The notes beneath the pieces were generated by a model. That model was not told the origin of the DNA and did not search any database. It worked only from the letters and a program-made list of their open reading frames with translations. DNA of 64,000 nucleotides, from assembly GCA_963754875.1 (NCBI GenBank), contig CAVWHO010000013.1:64001-128000 (forward strand). The letters are read 5' to 3'. Shown here one piece after another: positions 59,728 to 64,000 of the stretch. The DNA comes from Nitrospirota bacterium (lineage in GTDB: Bacteria; Nitrospirota; UBA9217). Numbering within the stretch: position 1 is the first letter of the stretch; each line of letters opens with the position of its first letter. Position numbers and translations under genes: made by a program.

Positions 59728-60468
59728 ATGATCGAGATAAAAGGATTATCAGTGAGTGTCGAAGATAAAAAGATACTCAATAACGTTAACCTTTACATTC
59801 AGCGGGGAGAGACCGTTGTTCTTTTCGGTCCCAACGGTTCCGGCAAGACCTCGTTCCTGAAGACGGTCATGGGGATTCCGCAGTACCGCGTAGAATCGGG
59901 GAGTATCCTCTACAAGGGAGAAGAGATCACCACCCGCAGTATTGACGAACGCGCGCGGTCCGGGATCGGCATGGTATTTCAGCATCCTCCTGCCGTGCGG
60001 GGCGTGAAACTCAAGGACATGCTGCGTATGAGCATGGAGAAAAGCGGCACCTTCACGGAAGAGAGGATTGCTACGGCTGCGGAAAAATTGAACTGCGTCG
60101 AATTCCTGGACAGGGACATCAATCTGGGCTTTTCGGGCGGGGAGATCAAGAGGTCCGAACTTCTTCAACTCCTGGCCCAGGACCCCGAGTTCGTCATGCT
60201 CGATGAGCCCGATTCCGGCGTGGACCTGGTCAACATCAATCTGGTCGGTACGGTAATAAACGAACTGCTGGAAAAAGATAAAAGAGCGGACAAAAGGACA
60301 AAGGCGGGGCTTATCATAACCCATGCCGGTCACATCCTGGACTACGTCAACGCAGACAGGGCATACGTCATGCTGAACGGCACCGTAAGATGCTTCGGGA
60401 ACCCGCGGGACCTTCTGGAGGACATCCGGACAAAAGGGTATGAGGAGTGTGTGCGATGTCGAATGTAA
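59728..60468 (+). CDS. sufC: SufC/SmsC-type ABC ATPase
   Basis: GPNGSGKT, FSGGE and LDEPDSG motifs; C-terminal CVRC; alternative start at 59692. Confidence 0.9.
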   Translation: MIEIKGLSVSVEDKKILNNVNLYIQRGETVVLFGPNGSGKTSFLKTVMGIPQYRVESGSILYKGEEITTRSIDERARSGIGMVFQHPPAVRGVKLKDMLRMSMEKSGTFTEERIATAAEKLNCVEFLDRDINLGFSGGEIKRSELLQLLAQDPEFVMLDEPDSGVDLVNINLVGTVINELLEKDKRADKRTKAGLIITHAGHILDYVNADRAYVMLNGTVRCFGNPRDLLEDIRTKGYEECVRCRM

Positions 60469-61687
60469 CAATCAAGGAAAAGGCAAAACAGGCAGAAAAA
60501 AAGCCCGCTGCCATCGGCCCGGACATCGATCTCAACGAATATTCCCAGCAGGCGGAGGATCATGGCGAGATCGGAAAACTAGCCGGACTGTCACCGATGA
60601 CGTGAAGGATCGAGCTATCACCGTGGGCATTGACGCGGAGGAGGCGTGCAGGTCCGGGTCGTTCTTCCAGATGGACCATTCGGTCATTCTCGCTGCAGCG
60701 CATCAAAGCGGGCTGGAAGTGATGAGCACCACGGAAGCGCTCGAAAAATACGATTGGCTCAAGGACTACTGGTGGAAGGCCGTGGAGGTGGACGCGGACA
60801 AATATACGGCCCAGGCGGAGTTGCAGCAGCACCAGGGATATTTTTTGAGGGCCTTGCCCGGTGCAACACGGCGGAGTTTCCCCTGCAGGCTTGCCTCTAT
60901 ATGGGCCAGGAAGGAATGGCGCAGAATGTCCATAACATCATAATTGCCGAGGAAGGTTCCGAACTCCATATCATCACCGGGTGCACGACGGCACAGGGTG
61001 TAAGATCCGGTCTCCATGTCGGTGTTTCCGAGTTTTATATTAAAGAAGAACGCAAAGGTCACCTTTACCATGATCCACAACTGGGCAGAGGATGTGGCAG
61101 TGCGGCCGCGTACCGGCACGATTGTGGAAGAAAACGGCGTTTTCATGAGTAACTACATCTGCATGAGGCCGGTAAAAACGCTTCAAATGTATCCTACTAC
61201 CTACTGTATCGGCGAGAATGCCACGGTCCGCTACAATACCATTCTATCCGCTTCGCAGGGATCGAACATGGATGTGGGCTCCAAAGTTTTTTTGCGGGCA
61301 AAGGGGAGCAGGGCAGAGGTCGTGGCACGGGCGATCTCGAAAGGGGGCGCCATTGTCACGAGAGGTAATTTGATCGGCGAGGTCCCGGGAATCAAAGCAC
61401 ATCTGGAATGCAGGGGACTCATACTCTCCGAGCAGGGATCGATCCTCGCCATTCCCGAACTCGACGGCAGAGTGAGCGGCGTTGAAATGTCCCACGAGGC
61501 CGCGGTCGGCAAGATCGCGGAGGAGGAGATCCAGTATCTGATGGCCCGGGGGCTGACCGACGAAGAATCGACGGCCGCGATCGTCAGAGGGTTTTTGGAC
61601 GTCGAGATTAAGGGGTTGCCCGAGCATCTCCAGGCGGAGATCAAGAAGGCGGTCAGCTTGGGGGAAAAAGAGGAGCGCCTTTTGTAG
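60456..61687 (+). CDS. sufB: SufB/SufD-family (SmsB-like) Fe-S scaffold (several frameshifts)
   Basis: PLQACL, HIITGC, HLECRGL and SHEAAVGKI motifs across frames. Confidence 0.85.
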
Positions 61688-61705
61688 GCTTCTCACGTGA
61701 CCGGG

Positions 61706-62890
61706 TCAGGACGTGATGAAATTCCAGAGAAAGAGCGAGGCCACCGTGCGATAGGGCCGCCACGATTCACCCAATGCGCTTACCTGTTTCGGCGTGGGAA
61801 CATCCTTCATCTTGAAAACAACAGCAACGCTTTTTCTGAGCGCGTAATCGTCGACAGGCAGGACATCCATGCGCCCCAGATTGAAGATCAGCAGCATCTC
61901 CACTGTCCATTGCCCTACACCGTAGATCGAAGTAAGCCGTTTTGTGATCTCCCCGTTGCTCAGGGAGATGATGTCTTTTGACGAAGGGACAACATTGTCC
62001 AGGGTTTTTTGGGCAATATCTTTAAGGGCCGCGGTTTTTGCTTTTGACAGGCCGGCGCCTCGTAACAGCCGGTCCGGAGTTTTCAACAGATCGCCGGGTT
62101 CAGGAAATGTCGACCCCGGATATAAATCTTTTACCCTGCCCAGGATGGTTGTCGCCGCTTTCGGCGATAACTGCTGATGCACTACAGCCTCAATCAGCGT
62201 GGCATAGGGGGATTGTCCGTTCCTCAGCCTGAAATCAATAGATTTATCCAAACAACGGGCAAGCCGTGGATCGCGGATTCTGAGAAGCGCTGCTGTACGC
62301 AGAAGGTCCCTCCTGGATTTGATGACAGCAGGCAACCCGATGGTGGCGCCTTCGATTGCCAGCAATCGTGCCTTTGTCGCCAATCCTCCGGGTGCAGAGA
62401 ATCCCCCAGGCTTGTTGCCCGCTGCAAGAACACGATGGCAAGGAATTATGATTGGAACCGGATTTCTCCCCAAAGCCTGTCCTACGGCCCGGGAAGCAGC
62501 AGGCCTGTTCATGATATTTGCTAGTTCGCCGTATGACAGAGTCCCGCCTGACGGGATTGTGCGACAGGATTCGTAAACTTGCAGCCCAAAAGGACTGACA
62601 CCTTTCAGGTCAACAGCGACATCCTGAAAATCCTGCAATTCCCCGCGCAAATGTTTCTGAACTTTTCTGATTATTTCGGCGATTCTCGGCGGAGCACTCG
62701 CCTTGCGTCCTTGGGACAAACGCGCGATCCTCTCTTCCGTCAACTGCTTCGTTGCTTCAGGAAGTTGGAAGAATGTCACCAGAGATTGTCCGGTGGACGA
62801 ATCAGATATTTCCCATGCGATCCCGCAGAATCCCAATGCAGTCTCAAAGAGTCTGTAAAAACATGAGGGACCAGTTTTTGAAATTGGCAT
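61706..62890 (-). CDS. Ogt (O6-methylguanine methyltransferase) - AlkA glycosylase fusion
   Basis: RAVGQALGRNPVPIIIPCHRV then QQLS, GVGQWT, LPVDD and WRPYRT. Confidence 0.88.
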   Translation of the reverse strand: MPISKTGPSCFYRLFETALGFCGIAWEISDSSTGQSLVTFFQLPEATKQLTEERIARLSQGRKASAPPRIAEIIRKVQKHLRGELQDFQDVAVDLKGVSPFGLQVYESCRTIPSGGTLSYGELANIMNRPAASRAVGQALGRNPVPIIIPCHRVLAAGNKPGGFSAPGGLATKARLLAIEGATIGLPAVIKSRRDLLRTAALLRIRDPRLARCLDKSIDFRLRNGQSPYATLIEAVVHQQLSPKAATTILGRVKDLYPGSTFPEPGDLLKTPDRLLRGAGLSKAKTAALKDIAQKTLDNVVPSSKDIISLSNGEITKRLTSIYGVGQWTVEMLLIFNLGRMDVLPVDDYALRKSVAVVFKMKDVPTPKQVSALGESWRPYRTVASLFLWNFITS

Positions 62891-62957
62891 TTCTCTTCGC
62901 TCACTCCCAATCCTTTGGTTGCTTACGAGATCGCGCTTTTTGCGGCCTGTGCTGGAT

Positions 62958-63431
62958 TTATCGTTGATCATAGGCTTGTCGCAGCGTTTTTATGTCGAGC
63001 TTAGTCATCTGAAGCATGGCTTTCATGACTCTTCGTGATCTCTCTGCATCCTTGTCCTGCAGCATCTCGATGAGAACTGTGGGAACGACCTGCCATGACA
63101 GACCATATTTGTCTTTAAGCCAGCCGCACACGTTTTTTTCTCCGCCGTCTGAAAGCTTCTCCCACAGTTCGTCTACTTCCTGCTGCGACTCGCAGTGTGT
63201 GACGAACGATATTGCCGGCGTGAAGGTGAATTGCGGGCCGCCGTTCAAAGCGGCAAATTCCTGTCCGTTGAGGAGGAATGACGCGGTCATTACCGTGCCC
63301 TTCGGTCCCGGCCCTTCTTCGCCATAGCGAGTAACGCCCAAAACCTTTGAATTTTTAAAAATTGAGACATAAAAATTCATCGCCTCTTCGGCTTTGTCGT
63401 CGAACCACAAGAATGGGGTGATTTTTTTCAT
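62958..63431 (-). CDS. VOC family protein (PhnB/3-dmu-9 3-MT-like)
   Basis: KITPFLWF, ALNGGP and CGWLKDKYGLSWQV motifs. Confidence 0.93.
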   Translation of the reverse strand: MKKITPFLWFDDKAEEAMNFYVSIFKNSKVLGVTRYGEEGPGPKGTVMTASFLLNGQEFAALNGGPQFTFTPAISFVTHCESQQEVDELWEKLSDGGEKNVCGWLKDKYGLSWQVVPTVLIEMLQDKDAERSRRVMKAMLQMTKLDIKTLRQAYDQR

Positions 63432-63480
63432 ATTGCCTCCCTCCACTGACTCTGTGCCGTTGAAAATTCGAGTGTTGCGC

Positions 63481-63765
63481 TTACTTTTCAGCTATAGCCT
63501 TCAGGTCGGCAAGACCGGTCTCGAAATCCTTGCCGATCATCTTGTCCATGCTGAAAAATATACCGATAACCTTTGCCAGATACGGCCAGTAACTTGCAAT
63601 CATCTCATAAGTCACGCGTCCAAAAAGAAGCGTGCTCCCGGATTTGAGACCCTCGGCAGCATATGCATTTTCTTCTGCGCCATGCCTGTGCCAGCTGATA
63701 TCTTCTTTTGGCCCTTTATAGTAGCCATCAAGTGTTATGAAATTGAATGCGAATAATTTTCTCAT
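63481..63765 (-). pseudogene. Chimeric remnant: DHFR/RibD-C family N-terminus fused to an SRPBCC C-terminus
   Basis: ITLDGYY...LLFGRVTYEMIASYWP joined to YLAKVIGIFFSMDKMIGKDFETGLADLK. Confidence 0.7.
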
Positions 63766-63819
63766 GTCGACCTCCTGAAATTAATTACCGTCAACCCGGC
63801 GGCGCTGCTCTCTGATCAA

Positions 63820-63919
63820 AGTATACATACCATATGGTATTCTTGTCAAGGTATTAAATATATATTATTCCAGTGTAATATTAGTATCGCTTGATTTTAA
63901 ATACCATTTGGTATATAAT
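63820..63919. promoter_or_regulatory. Divergent promoters, each with a palindromic TetR-type operator
   Basis: ATACCATATGGTAT (63827-63840) and ATACCATTTGGTAT (63901-63914) lie in the -35/-10 spacers. Confidence 0.75.
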
Positions 63920-63925
63920 ATGATC

Positions 63926-64000
63926 ATGAAAAAAGAAACGCGAAAGAGATCGAGAGATCCCGAGAGAACACGCTCTCAAATACTGGAAACAGCAGCCCGT
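63926..64000 (+). CDS. TetR/AcrR family regulator (5' part, runs off the window)
   Basis: MKKETRKRSRDPERTRSQILETAAR is a typical TetR N-terminus. Confidence 0.75.
   Translation, partial: MKKETRKRSRDPERTRSQILETAAR

Overview
A 64-kb chromosomal window from a moderately GC-rich bacterium. Gene content suggests an anaerobic or microaerophilic Nitrospirota- or Desulfobacterota-like organism (inference only). Most of it is housekeeping or accessory genes: copper handling (CopC, CopD fusion, CopZ), a PA2779/PA2778 peptidase module, a Mo-hydroxylase, a Ser/Thr kinase, lipid and NAD salvage, typA, cysM/mec, a sigma54 two-component system, minimal SufC/SufB and alkylation repair. Many genes carry single-base frameshifts that look like long-read indel errors. 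The main structure is a complete sedentary integron at about 13983-19916. It has a long IntI, an attI with attI1-like geometry and six attC sites. Its cassettes include two antisense phage-like micro-ORFs, a catalytically degenerate amidase, an HNH nuclease + TPR-like pair and a PD-(D/E)XK nuclease + Mrr_N-like pair (candidate anti-phage systems). A seventh, solitary attC about 18 kb away closes an ASCH + HigBA cassette. Two probable selenoproteins with SECIS-like hairpins are missed by the ORF track (a thioredoxin-like protein and a HesB-like protein). Also present are a GEMM-I (c-di-GMP-I) riboswitch, several REP-like palindrome families, an Ogt-AlkA fusion and a DHFR/SRPBCC deletion chimera. 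No rRNA, tRNA or CRISPR array was seen.
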